This document shows positions 36,988 to 46,973 of a stretch of DNA of 47,676 nt, piece by piece. A model generated the notes under the pieces. That model was not told where the DNA came from, searched no databases, and saw only the letters and a list, made by a program, of their open reading frames with translations. Origin of the DNA: Syntrophales bacterium (GTDB lineage: Bacteria > Desulfobacterota > Syntrophia > Syntrophales > UBA2251); NCBI GenBank assembly GCA_023230905.1, contig JALNWL010000001.1:1-47676 (forward strand), read 5' to 3'. The position numbers and the translations under genes were made by a program. How positions within the stretch are numbered: the first letter of the stretch is position 1; the number at the start of each line of letters is the position of its first letter.

Positions 36988-37884
36988 ATGAATCCCTTCC
37001 AGTTGCACGCATGCCTGGCCGAGGCCTTCCGCAACGTGGAACGGCACCGGGACGCGGCCGATCTCATCCGGGAGTATTCCGTCAACCGGCGGAACATCCG
37101 GGAGGTGGCGCTCGACGCCGTGGATTTGGGCGACTGCCGGCAGGTCCTGGATCTGGGCAGCGGGTTCGGACCCTTCATCGACGTCCTGAAGGGACGCCTC
37201 GCCCCCGGGACCCGTGTGACGGGGGTGGACGTCTTCGGCGACTACGGCGCACCTTTTCTGTCCGCCTGCCGGGATGCCGGGTTTCAGGGAAACTTCCTCA
37301 AGGAAGGCGCATCCGTGATCGAGACCTTTCCCGAACGCGCCTTCGATCTGATCGTCTGCAGCTACTCCCTCTATTTCTTCCCGGACCGGGTTCCGGACAT
37401 CAGCCGGACGCTCAGCGACGTGGGAACGTTCATCGCGATCACCCACGACCGGAACAACATGCGGGAGCTCATCTCCACCGTCAAGGCGATCCTGGCCGAG
37501 CTCGGCCACCGCCCGGACGATCCTCTGCCCGTGGAAAACATCCTCGGCCGGTTCACGGCGGAAAACGGACGGGCGCTGCTGCAACCCTGGTTCGGCGAGA
37601 TCCGCGCGATCGATTACCCCAACGCCCTGGTGTTCGAAGCGGAGAGCCAACCGCAGCTCCTCCGCTATTTCCGCTTCAAGAGTCCGTTCTTTCTTCACGG
37701 AACCGCCTTCACCACGGAAACGGTGGCGCGACACCTCGAGGCCCGCCTCCGGCCGCGGGACCGGTTCGTCCTGTCCAAGAACGATCGGATCTTTCTCTGT
37801 TCCTCCCCCCGCCCGGGAAACGCCTCTCGGCCGGACGGGGGCAACACCAGAAACCCGTTAGGGGCGATTCAGGCGCCGGTATGA
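36988..37884 (+). CDS. class I SAM-dependent methyltransferase
   Basis: VLDLGSGFG motif I and DLIVCSYSLYF motif. Confidence 0.7.
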   Translation: MNPFQLHACLAEAFRNVERHRDAADLIREYSVNRRNIREVALDAVDLGDCRQVLDLGSGFGPFIDVLKGRLAPGTRVTGVDVFGDYGAPFLSACRDAGFQGNFLKEGASVIETFPERAFDLIVCSYSLYFFPDRVPDISRTLSDVGTFIAITHDRNNMRELISTVKAILAELGHRPDDPLPVENILGRFTAENGRALLQPWFGEIRAIDYPNALVFEAESQPQLLRYFRFKSPFFLHGTAFTTETVARHLEARLRPRDRFVLSKNDRIFLCSSPRPGNASRPDGGNTRNPLGAIQAPV

Positions 37885-38891
37885 CGAAGACATCGAGAAA
37901 TTACTGCCCGCACTGCGGAAAGGCGATGGGCCGGGCACGTGAAGAGGGGGTGCTGCGCGACTTCTGCGCCACCTGCATGCGTTTTTTTTACGACAACCCC
38001 CTGCCCGTCGTGACCGCCCTCGTGGTGACGGACCGCCGGCTGCTCCTGGTCCGGCGGGGAAACCGGCCCTACCGGGGACGCTGGTGTCTCCCCATCGGCT
38101 TCGCGGAGGTCGGAGAGAGCATCGAGGAGGCCACACTCCGGGAACTGAGGGAAGAGGCCGGGATCGAGGGCAGGGTCACGGGCCTCGTGGACGTGGACTC
38201 CGTCCGCAGCGGCTATTACGGCGACCTGATCGTCGTGACCTTCGAAGTGGAGGCCCGGGGGGGAACGCCGGCGCCGGGAAGCGATACGACGCAGGCCCGC
38301 TATTTTCCGCTGAACGCCCTGCCGAAGCTGGCCTTCTCGTCCAACCGCAGGGCGGTCGAAACCTACATCCGGCAGATGGCCGACACCTGGGCCATCGCCG
38401 ATTCCTTTTCCCGGGCGATGGGAAACGAGGCGGGGCGGGAGAGGACCGACCTCCTGTCCGACGCCCTGCTCCACGTCATCGAGTGGAATGCCGAACAGAT
38501 CGTGCATCTGTGGATCGCCGACGTGACAACGAACCGTTCCACGCCCGCGTACCACGCGGTCGATCCGGCGCGCCTTTTCCGGCGGGCGCACCGGATCGTC
38601 TCCCAGTTCGGCCGCTGGCTGGGGGGGGGATACGACGATGGAGACATCATGAAATTTTACATGCAGCTAGGCCGCGAGCGGCGGGAAGAGGGCTTCCCCC
38701 TCTCGGAGGTCCTGAGCGCCCTCAGCCTGATCCGCAAGCACATCTGGACCTTCGCCCTGTCCCGGGGGGTCTGGAACCGGACCCTGGCCATCTACATGGC
38801 CCTGGAACTCGACCGCCGCATCGTTATCTTTTTCGACAAGGCGACCTTCCACGCGTCGCGGGGCTACGAAGGGGCGACGGCCTCTACGTAG
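37881..38891 (+). CDS. NUDIX hydrolase with N-terminal zinc ribbon and an uncharacterised C-terminal helical domain
   Basis: CPHCG...CATC ribbon and NUDIX box GFAEVGESIEEATLRELREEAGI. ATGA overlap with the methyltransferase gene. Confidence 0.8.
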   Translation: MTKTSRNYCPHCGKAMGRAREEGVLRDFCATCMRFFYDNPLPVVTALVVTDRRLLLVRRGNRPYRGRWCLPIGFAEVGESIEEATLRELREEAGIEGRVTGLVDVDSVRSGYYGDLIVVTFEVEARGGTPAPGSDTTQARYFPLNALPKLAFSSNRRAVETYIRQMADTWAIADSFSRAMGNEAGRERTDLLSDALLHVIEWNAEQIVHLWIADVTTNRSTPAYHAVDPARLFRRAHRIVSQFGRWLGGGYDDGDIMKFYMQLGRERREEGFPLSEVLSALSLIRKHIWTFALSRGVWNRTLAIYMALELDRRIVIFFDKATFHASRGYEGATAST

Positions 38892-38966
38892 CCGCCCTAG
38901 CCGGGGCCGGGGAGACGCCGACGACTCGTGCCTCTCCCCGGCGCCGAGGCCTCTCTTTCCGACCGA

Positions 38967-40169
38967 TTACCGCTTCCCCCAAACCAGACTGGGCTGGCGC
39001 CAGCCGGTCACCGGAACGAAGATTTTCTTCGAGGCGTCCGCCTGCAGGATCCGGTAATAGTGGGCGCCCTTGCGCACATTCTTGCCGAACTGGATCTTTC
39101 CCAGTCCGCCCGTGTCGAAATTCCGGATTTTTTCGACCCGGTCGATCAGGCGCTCGCGCGTGAGGTTCTTCCCGCAGTCCTCCATCGCCTTGGTCAACAG
39201 GAGGAGCGGATTCCACAGGATGGGAATCAGGGGCTCGTTCAGCATGCTCTCCAGACCGGCCTCGGTGAAGCCCTTCTCGATCTTTTTCCAGCCGGGTCCC
39301 CCCTCGTGGCGCAGACCGAGGTTCCCGATGTGGTAATGCCCGTTGGCCAGGGCGCCGGCCATGAAGGTCTTGGGATCGACGGACACGTAATCTCCGAAGA
39401 ACACGGGCTTCCAGCCGATCTTGTTGGCTTCCATGAGCAGGGCGGCGTAGACCGGCGCATAGCCGACGAAAAGACAATGGGTCACGCCTTCCGCCTTGAG
39501 CTTCATGGCCTGGGCGTTCAGGTTCTTCGTCCCCCGCTTGTAGGGCGCCTCCACGACCTTGAACCCGTATTTTTTGGCCGCCATTTCCATTCCGTCCAGG
39601 GTGTCCTTCCCCCACTCGTCATCCTGATAGCAGAGGCCGATCTTCGGGTTCTTGGCCTTCAGGTCCTTGAAGACGTAATCGGCCATCAGGATCCCCTGGT
39701 CCTGGCCGTTGCAGGCATACCAGAAGAGGTAGCGCTGGGGCGGGTCGAACATCGTCTGCACGGCCGCGGCGGTCGTGTAGACGGGGATCTTCTTCGCCTG
39801 AATGTCGGGGAGGATGGCCGTGCAGGGCGTGGAGCCGTAGACCGACACGATCATGAACACCTTGTGTTGATCGACGAGCTTCGTGAACGCTGTTTTCGTC
39901 AGGACCGGATCGTACTTGTTGTCCTCCACGACGAGCTTGAGCTTTCGCCCGTGGATGCCTCCCCGATCGTTCACGTCCTTCATCCACACCTGCAGGACGC
40001 CCGTGGCCAGTCTGCCCAGATAGGCGGCCGGCCCTGACAAATCCTGGAAGGTACCTAAAAGAATGGTGTCCTTGGTGACCCCCACTTCGGCCCGGGCGAT
40101 GCCCCCACCGAGCGCTCCGAACACGAAACAGATCATGACAATCCCAACGAGCGTCCGCAACTTTTTCAT
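38967..40169 (-). CDS. ABC transporter periplasmic substrate-binding protein (LivK/type I PBP family)
   Basis: Signal peptide followed by a Leu/Ile/Val-binding-protein-like fold pattern. Confidence 0.8.
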   Translation of the reverse strand: MKKLRTLVGIVMICFVFGALGGGIARAEVGVTKDTILLGTFQDLSGPAAYLGRLATGVLQVWMKDVNDRGGIHGRKLKLVVEDNKYDPVLTKTAFTKLVDQHKVFMIVSVYGSTPCTAILPDIQAKKIPVYTTAAAVQTMFDPPQRYLFWYACNGQDQGILMADYVFKDLKAKNPKIGLCYQDDEWGKDTLDGMEMAAKKYGFKVVEAPYKRGTKNLNAQAMKLKAEGVTHCLFVGYAPVYAALLMEANKIGWKPVFFGDYVSVDPKTFMAGALANGHYHIGNLGLRHEGGPGWKKIEKGFTEAGLESMLNEPLIPILWNPLLLLTKAMEDCGKNLTRERLIDRVEKIRNFDTGGLGKIQFGKNVRKGAHYYRILQADASKKIFVPVTGWRQPSLVWGKR

Positions 40170-40391
40170 GATGCCCTCCTTTTGCTGCCGTCGACAAGAT
40201 TCATAAACCGCTTCGTCACCGTACTACCGACCCGTGACGTCAAGCGACCTTCGCGCATCGACAAACATTACCACTTCCGTCGCAACGGAGAACGCGAGGC
40301 CCGGTTCCCGGGACGGCGACGTGCTCCGGAATGACGAAAGGCAGGGTTTTCCGGTGTCTTGCTCCCTCAACGACTTTCGCCCTTTTACCGC

Positions 40392-41438
40392 TCAATACGT
40401 GTACGGCCAAGTCTTCCAGTAGCGCTTGACGCGGATCCAGATCCCGAACAGCCCCAGCGGTTCGAAGAGGAGGAAAAAGATGATGATGAGGCCGTACACC
40501 ATGACCGACAGCCCGCCGATCCGGGGCGCCAGGTCCGGATAGGCGGACACCAGCGGACCGGAGACCGCATTGATCGCCTCGGGCAGGAGCACCATGAAGA
40601 TCGCCCCGAGGACCGACCCCAAGACGGTGCCCATGCCGCCGACGATGATCATGGCGATGTACAGGATCGACTGGTTGAATGTGAAATGGTCCGGACCGAT
40701 CAGGTGCAGAAGATAAGCGTACAGGGCGCCCGCCACGCCGGCCATGAACGAACTGATCGCAAAGGACATGATCTTGTATTTGGCCATATGGATCCCGATG
40801 ATCTCGGCCGCGATGTCCCGGTCGCGGATGGCCACGAAGGCCCGACCCGTCCGGCTCATCAGGAGATTCTTCGTGAAGACCGCCGCCGCGACGGCGAGCA
40901 CCAGGACGACGTAATAATAGGACTGGTAAGAGTTCAGAGGGAATCCGAACAGATCCGGAGTCGGCAGGGCGATGCCCTTGTCGGACTGGGTGAGACTCTC
41001 CCAGTGGTAGATGACGTGCTCGACGATGAACTGAAACGCCAGGGTGGTGACGACGAGATAAAGCCCCTTCAGGCGCAGGGCGGGAATCCCGACGATCAAT
41101 CCCGCGAGCGCCGCCGCCAGGCCGGCCAGCGGCAGCGTGGCGATCAGCGGAAGACCCGTCCGGACAGCCAGGATCGCAGCCGTGTAGGCCCCGATACCCA
41201 TGAAGGCCGCATGCCCCATGGACAGCAGCCCCGTGCAGCCCGTCAACAGGTTCAACCCCAGGGCGCTGATGATCGAGACGCCGCAGATGCACGCGACGAA
41301 AACCCCGTATGACCCCATGAACAGGGGAAAGGTCAGTAGAAACGCACCCAGCAGCACGAGCGAGATCCTGGCCGCCGGACTCGGGAAAATCCGGAGATCC
41401 TGCGGATAGGACCGGATGGTGAATCGCGTCACAGCCAT
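40392..41438 (-). CDS. branched-chain-type ABC permease (LivM-like)
   Basis: Polytopic, with LivM-like conserved GH.AF.GIGAY block. Confidence 0.8.
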   Translation of the reverse strand: MAVTRFTIRSYPQDLRIFPSPAARISLVLLGAFLLTFPLFMGSYGVFVACICGVSIISALGLNLLTGCTGLLSMGHAAFMGIGAYTAAILAVRTGLPLIATLPLAGLAAALAGLIVGIPALRLKGLYLVVTTLAFQFIVEHVIYHWESLTQSDKGIALPTPDLFGFPLNSYQSYYYVVLVLAVAAAVFTKNLLMSRTGRAFVAIRDRDIAAEIIGIHMAKYKIMSFAISSFMAGVAGALYAYLLHLIGPDHFTFNQSILYIAMIIVGGMGTVLGSVLGAIFMVLLPEAINAVSGPLVSAYPDLAPRIGGLSVMVYGLIIIFFLLFEPLGLFGIWIRVKRYWKTWPYTY

Positions 41439-41470
41439 GTCGGTTTTTTCTCCCCGCTTCCGGCGCCCCG

Positions 41471-42361
41471 TCAGACGCGCTCGATTTCCTTCGTGCCGAA
41501 CAGACCGTAGGGACGGATCATCATGATGATCAGGGCCAGGACGTAGGCGGTAATTTCATTGATGCCGCTCCCAAGATAATCGGCCAGATAGAAACCGGCC
41601 AGGTTTTCCGCAACGCCGATGATGAGCCCCCCGAGGATCGCCCCGTGCACGCTGTCCAGTCCCCCCAGGATCAGGGCGGGCAGGGCCTTGAGTCCCGTGT
41701 GGCTCATGATGGGATCGAGGTAGGTCAGGCTCGCCATGAAGACGCCGGCCACCGTCGCCACAAGGGAAGCGATCACCCAAGAGGCCGTGAACACCCCCTT
41801 CACGTTGATCCCCATCAGAAACGCCGCCGAGGTGTCTTCGGCCGTCGCCCGCATGCTGATGCCGGACTGGGAGTACTTGAAAAAAAGGAAGAAGCCGACG
41901 AGGAGGATCATCGTCGCGACGATGGTGTAAATCTCGGCCTGGTTGATGGCCACGCCGAAGATCGTCAGGGGGTCCTTGGGAAAGGGCGCCGGGAAATTGT
42001 ACTCCTCATACCCCCAGACCAGCCCCGTCATGCCGCGGATGACGTTGGCCAGCCCCAGGGTCACCATGATCACCGAAAGCACCGGCTCTCCGACCAGGGG
42101 ACGGACCACCAGCATCTCCAGCAGTGCCGTGATGAGGGCCATCAGGACCAGGGCGGCGAGAAACGCCCCGATAAACGGCAGCTTCAGGACCGTGATGAAG
42201 GCAAAGGTGAGATAGGCGCCCAGCATCATCAGCTCCGGCTGGGCGAAGTTGAAGATGTCGGTCGCCTTGAAGATGAGAACGAATCCGAGGGCGATGCAGG
42301 CGTAGACACTCCCCCAGGCCAGACCCGTGATCGTGAGCTGTATCAGGATGTTGGACGCCAT
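41471..42361 (-). CDS. branched-chain-type ABC permease (LivH-like)
   Basis: Polytopic, with LivH-like N-terminus (QL..GL..GS.YA..ALG). Confidence 0.8.
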   Translation of the reverse strand: MASNILIQLTITGLAWGSVYACIALGFVLIFKATDIFNFAQPELMMLGAYLTFAFITVLKLPFIGAFLAALVLMALITALLEMLVVRPLVGEPVLSVIMVTLGLANVIRGMTGLVWGYEEYNFPAPFPKDPLTIFGVAINQAEIYTIVATMILLVGFFLFFKYSQSGISMRATAEDTSAAFLMGINVKGVFTASWVIASLVATVAGVFMASLTYLDPIMSHTGLKALPALILGGLDSVHGAILGGLIIGVAENLAGFYLADYLGSGINEITAYVLALIIMMIRPYGLFGTKEIERV

Positions 42362-42405
42362 GTTCCTCCCCTTTCACCGCCGGGGCGCGATCGGCCGGCC
42401 CGGGG

Positions 42406-44208
42406 TTAATTGCGGTACATCTCCTCGATGATCTCTCCTAACTTTTCGTAGAGGGTCTTGCGACGCAGCTTCAGCGTCGCCGTCAGTTCATTGTCATCGT
42501 GATCCAGCTCCTTCTCCAGCAGACGGAACTTCTTGATCGTTTCCACCTGCGAGAAATCCCGGTTGGCCTCATGGACCTCCTGCTGAACCAGCTCGCGGAC
42601 CTCCTGAAGCTGGGCCAGGCTCTTGAAGGTCGTATACGCCAGTCCCCGGTCCTGGGCCCATTTGGCCACATTGTCGTACTCGATCTGGATCAGCGCCGTC
42701 AGGTAGGGTTTCGCGTCCCCGATGACGATCGCCTCGTTGATGTAGGGGCTGCACTTCAGGCGATTCTCGATCTCGGAGGGGGCGATGTTCTTGCCGCCGG
42801 AAGTGATGATGATCTCCTTCTTCCGGTCCGTGATCTTGAGCCGTCCCTCCGGATCGAGTTCCCCCACATCCCCGGTGTGCAGCCAGCCGTCCACCACCGT
42901 CCGCGCCGTCGCCTCCGGATCCTTCCAGTAGCCGACAAAAACGTGGTTGCACTTGAGCAGGATCTCACCGTCCTCGGCGATCCGGATTTCAACCCCGCGG
43001 ATCGGCTTTCCTACGGTCCCCAGCTTCACGTCCCCCGGCAGGTTGGCTGTGCCGATGCCCGTTTCTTCGGTCATCCCCCACCCCTCGAGCACCGGAACAC
43101 CCAGAGAATGGAAGAAGAGCAGCACCTCGGGCGATATAGGCGCCGCCCCGCTCAAGGCCAGCCGGGCGCGCAGAAGCCCCAGCTCCTTCCGCAGATGACG
43201 GAAGAGCAGCCGTTCCCCCAGGCCGTGCGAGAGCCTGAGCGAAAAGGGAATCGGCCCGCGGGACAGGCGGGCCAGCGCCATCTCCCGTCCGACGGGCATG
43301 AAGAGGCGGTAGGCGGTCGCCTTCGCCCAGGTGGAGTCCTTCATCTTGATGACGATCCCGGCCATCATCTTTTCCCAGATCCTCGGCACGGCGAGATAAA
43401 ACGTCGGAAAGATTTCCCGCATGTCCTGGGTGACGGTATCGACGCTCTCGGCGAAATTGACCGTCGCACCGGAATAGATGGGCAGAAAAACGGACATCAT
43501 GCGCTCCGCCACATGGCACAGGGGCAGGTACGAAACGATCTCGTCCGTGTCGTATTGGGGCAGGGTCTGACTCTGGGCCTTGAGAAACTGGGCCACGTTG
43601 TCGTGGCTGAGCATCGCCCCCTTCGGGGGACCCGTCGTACCGGAGGTGTAGACCATGATGGCGACATCCTCCGGGCGGACCTGATCGACGGTGCGCCAGT
43701 ACCGCTCCGGGTCTGCCGCCTCGATCCGGCCGCCGATCCGCTCCACCTCCTCGAAGGAGACAATCATCGGATCCGTGCCGCGGCGCAGGCCCTTCATGTC
43801 GATGACGATGATCTTTCTCATGAAGGGCAGTGCTTCCCGGACCTCCAGGACCTTGTCCACCTGCTCCTGGTCGTCGCAGACAACGAAGACCGATTCGGAA
43901 TGACCGATGACGTACTGGGCCTCCCGGGAAGGATTCGTGGGGTAAACGCCCACGGCCACCCCGCGGGCGCTCTGGGTGGCCAGATCCGCGTAAAGCCACT
44001 CCGGAAGGTTTTCGCCGAAGATGCTCACATGATCGCCGGGCATAAGACCGAGGTCCATCAGCCCCAGGCAGAAGTGCCGCACATGCCGGCTGTAATCGTT
44101 CCAGGAAATCTCCTGCCAGATGCCGAATTCCTTCTCCCGCAGGGCGACCCGGTCGCCGTACTTTCTGACCCGGGCGAGAAAGATGTGGGGAACGGTATCC
44201 TCTCTCAT
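42406..44208 (-). CDS. AMP-forming acyl-CoA ligase (long-chain fatty-acid-CoA-ligase-like)
   Basis: AMP-binding motif YTSGTTGPPKG, plus TGD and GWLHTGD blocks. 4-nt overlap with the upstream ATPase gene. Confidence 0.85.
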   Translation of the reverse strand: MREDTVPHIFLARVRKYGDRVALREKEFGIWQEISWNDYSRHVRHFCLGLMDLGLMPGDHVSIFGENLPEWLYADLATQSARGVAVGVYPTNPSREAQYVIGHSESVFVVCDDQEQVDKVLEVREALPFMRKIIVIDMKGLRRGTDPMIVSFEEVERIGGRIEAADPERYWRTVDQVRPEDVAIMVYTSGTTGPPKGAMLSHDNVAQFLKAQSQTLPQYDTDEIVSYLPLCHVAERMMSVFLPIYSGATVNFAESVDTVTQDMREIFPTFYLAVPRIWEKMMAGIVIKMKDSTWAKATAYRLFMPVGREMALARLSRGPIPFSLRLSHGLGERLLFRHLRKELGLLRARLALSGAAPISPEVLLFFHSLGVPVLEGWGMTEETGIGTANLPGDVKLGTVGKPIRGVEIRIAEDGEILLKCNHVFVGYWKDPEATARTVVDGWLHTGDVGELDPEGRLKITDRKKEIIITSGGKNIAPSEIENRLKCSPYINEAIVIGDAKPYLTALIQIEYDNVAKWAQDRGLAYTTFKSLAQLQEVRELVQQEVHEANRDFSQVETIKKFRLLEKELDHDDNELTATLKLRRKTLYEKLGEIIEEMYRN

Positions 44209-44996
44209 CCCGCCCCCTCCTTCTTGAGAAGCGTGGTGGCGTCATCCCCGAGGTAGGCCTTCTGGACCTCCGGGTTCCTCTGCACCTCGCCGGTCGTCCC
44301 CTCGGCGATCTTGCGGCCGAAATCGAGGACGCAGATCCGCTTGGAGATGTCCATCACCACGTCCATGTCATGCTCGATCATCACGATCGTGGTCCCCAAC
44401 TCCTCGTGAATGTCCAGAATGAAGCGGGCGATGTCCTCCGTCTCCTCCTGGTTCATCCCGGCCATCGGCTCGTCCAGCAGGAGAAGGCGCGGCTCCTGGA
44501 CCAGGGCGCGCCCCAGTTCCACCCGTTTCTGAACCCCATAGGGCAGGCTGGACACGAGGTGCTTCCGCCAGCGTTCCATTTCGAGAAAATCGATGATCTC
44601 CTCGACCTTTCGCCGGTGGACGGCCTCCTCGGCCGCCCGATAGCCGAAGACGGCGTTGTGCCAGAATCCGTGCCGGAAATGGTGGTGGCGGCCCAGCATC
44701 ATGTTGTCGATCACGTTCATCCGGGCGAACAGCTCCACGTTCTGGAAGGTCCTGGAAATGCCCAGCTTGGCGATCTGATCGGGCCGCCAGTGCGCGAGGT
44801 CCCGGTCCGCGAAGAGGATGTTCCCACCGTCCGGCCGGTAGAAGCCGCTGATGCAGTTCAACAGGCAGGTCTTGCCGGCACCGTTGGGACCGATGACGGC
44901 GACGAGCTCGCCCTCCTCGACATTCAGGGAAACGCGATCCAGGGCAACGATGCCTTTGAAATGGAGGCTGATCTCGCGGATCTCCAGAAATCCCAT
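44205..44996 (-). CDS. ABC ATPase (LivG-like)
   Basis: Walker A GPNGAGKT, signature LPYGVQKR, Walker B LLLLDEP. Confidence 0.85.
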   Translation of the reverse strand: MGFLEIREISLHFKGIVALDRVSLNVEEGELVAVIGPNGAGKTCLLNCISGFYRPDGGNILFADRDLAHWRPDQIAKLGISRTFQNVELFARMNVIDNMMLGRHHHFRHGFWHNAVFGYRAAEEAVHRRKVEEIIDFLEMERWRKHLVSSLPYGVQKRVELGRALVQEPRLLLLDEPMAGMNQEETEDIARFILDIHEELGTTIVMIEHDMDVVMDISKRICVLDFGRKIAEGTTGEVQRNPEVQKAYLGDDATTLLKKEGAG

Positions 44997-45005
44997 GGGC
45001 CTCCT

Positions 45006-45809
45006 TTAGGAAAGCCAGCGCTTGCGGCGTTTGTAATGCTTGACTTCGGCAAAGCTCCGCCGTTCCTTTTCGTCCTTCATGCCCAGGTAGAACTCCTTCA
45101 CGTCCTCGTTTTCCATCAGCTTCCCGCTCGGGCCGTCCAAAACGATCTTGCCGTTCTCCATGATGTACCCGTATTCAGCCACCGCGAGGGCCATGAAGGC
45201 ATTCTGCTCCACGAGGAGGATCGAGACCCGCTCCTCCCGGTTGATGCGCCGGATAATGTCGAAGATTTCCGTGACGAGCAGGGGGGCGAGGCCCAGGGAC
45301 GGCTCATCCAGCATGATCAGGGACGGCCGGGCCATCAGGGCCCGCGCAATGGCCAGCATCTGCTGCTCGCCGCCGCTCAGGAACCCCGCCTGGATCTTCA
45401 GCCGCTGGCGGAGGGGGGGAAAGTAGCCCAGAACACGCTCGTAATCGCGGGCGATCTCGGCCTTGCCGTCTCGGCGCGTGTGGGCGCCGACCCGGATGTT
45501 CTCGTCGACCGTGAGTTCGGCAAAGATGCGCCGCCCTTCGGGAACCTGGGTGATCCCCATCTGCACGATTTCCTGCGGATCCATTTTATGGATGGGGTGA
45601 CCGTCAAACTCGATCACTCCCTTCTTGATTTCGCCGTCCTCGTAATCGAGAAGCCCCGAGATGGCCTTGAGGGTGGTCGACTTCCCCGCCCCGTTGGATC
45701 CGAGAAAGGCCACGATCGCCCCCTCAGGAACCTCCAGGGAAATCCCCCTCAGGACCAGGATGATGTCGTTGTAGATGACTTCGAGGTTGTTCAGCCTGAG
45801 CGATCCCAC
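45006..45809 (-). CDS. ABC ATPase (LivF-like)
   Basis: GSNGAGKST, LSGGEQQML, LIMLDEPS. GTG 45809 has an AAGGAGG 11 nt upstream; the track start 45860 is also a GTG. Confidence 0.8.
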   Translation of the reverse strand: MGSLRLNNLEVIYNDIILVLRGISLEVPEGAIVAFLGSNGAGKSTTLKAISGLLDYEDGEIKKGVIEFDGHPIHKMDPQEIVQMGITQVPEGRRIFAELTVDENIRVGAHTRRDGKAEIARDYERVLGYFPPLRQRLKIQAGFLSGGEQQMLAIARALMARPSLIMLDEPSLGLAPLLVTEIFDIIRRINREERVSILLVEQNAFMALAVAEYGYIMENGKIVLDGPSGKLMENEDVKEFYLGMKDEKERRSFAEVKHYKRRKRWLS

Positions 45810-46319
45810 GTCCGGAGAAACCTCCTTCGCCGCAACGGACGGCCAAAGACAGGCCCACACTTCCGAGAAACCTCTAAACGGCTACAACATCTTTACATTT
45901 CTGGAGACTTCCCCCCGTGAATGTCGGCGGAAAGCACCGTCAGGAAAAAACGGGAGGAAATGACAGGCCCGAACAGACGGGGGGCCGGACAAACGATCGG
46001 CCTGAACACCCCCGCCGTGGGCGCCCGGGTGACCGGTCCGGCGGGGCGCCGGCAGCGTCCCTGACCCAATCATCCCGGCACGAACAACGCGCGAACGGTT
46101 CACGGATAACCAAAATTCATCGGGATGTCAATACAAAAAAGGGGCCTGATTCGCGGGCGTGGGTCAGTGGATGTCATCCGATGCGCCGGTTGACCGATCA
46201 TCCCCTTACGTCCGTCCCACGGTCGTCCCGCGGTCGTCCGGCCGGTGTCATCGTCATCGGGACCCTGACCGCCGCATCGTCGTCTCTTCCGAGAAGACAA
46301 CGCCCCCTGCGACACGGGG

Positions 46320-46805
46320 CTACGACGGGGCGGCGGCGGTCTCTTCGAACACATAACGGACCGTCAGCTCCAGATCCGGACGCAGGGAATTGTACACGGA
46401 GCAGTAGGTCTGCCGCGACAGGGCAATGGCGCGTTCGACCCGCCGCGCGTCCAGGTTCTGACCGGCCATGTGGAGCGCCATCTCGACGCTCCGGAAGTAC
46501 TGGGGCGGTTCAGGGTTCCGCTGACCGGTGACATCGACCCGGAAAGCGGTGAGCGCCACGCGCATCTTTTTCAGGATCGACACGATGTCGATGGCCATGC
46601 AGCCGGCGAGCGACAGCAACAGGGCCTCCGTCGGATTGCAGCCCCACTGGGATTCGGCGTCGAACTCGATCTCGTAGCCCTGCGGCGTCGTCCCCGCAAA
46701 GACCAGCTCCCGGTTCCAGGCGAGGGTCGCCTTCACCCCGGGGGTAATCCCGGCCTTGTACCCCTGAAGCGCATCCCTCAATTCGCCCTTGTCCTGTTCC
46801 CCCAT
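46320..46805 (-). CDS. OsmC/Ohr-family protein
   Basis: About 161 aa with LAGCMAID and TYCSVYN Cys motifs. AGGAGG RBS before ATG 46805. Confidence 0.75.
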   Translation of the reverse strand: MGEQDKGELRDALQGYKAGITPGVKATLAWNRELVFAGTTPQGYEIEFDAESQWGCNPTEALLLSLAGCMAIDIVSILKKMRVALTAFRVDVTGQRNPEPPQYFRSVEMALHMAGQNLDARRVERAIALSRQTYCSVYNSLRPDLELTVRYVFEETAAAPS

Positions 46806-46973
46806 GCCGATCCTCCTGACCCCGTGATATCCCTTTATAACCCCGAACGGACGAGAATTCAAGACAGGGGGAGCGGCGGACATGTGAAAAAAATCTGGAA
46901 AAATTCCCCGGTATTGTTTAAAGAAAGCCGTTAATCGAAAGGCCAGGGACACACCGTCCGAAGGAGAACCGTC

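Noticed and set aside
36793-37734. N-terminal 314 codons of the 758-aa minus-strand ORF containing pcnB
   Set aside because: This part is antisense to a plus-strand methyltransferase that has clear SAM motifs. The pcnB motifs begin only after MVPPMPPRIV (ATG 36792).
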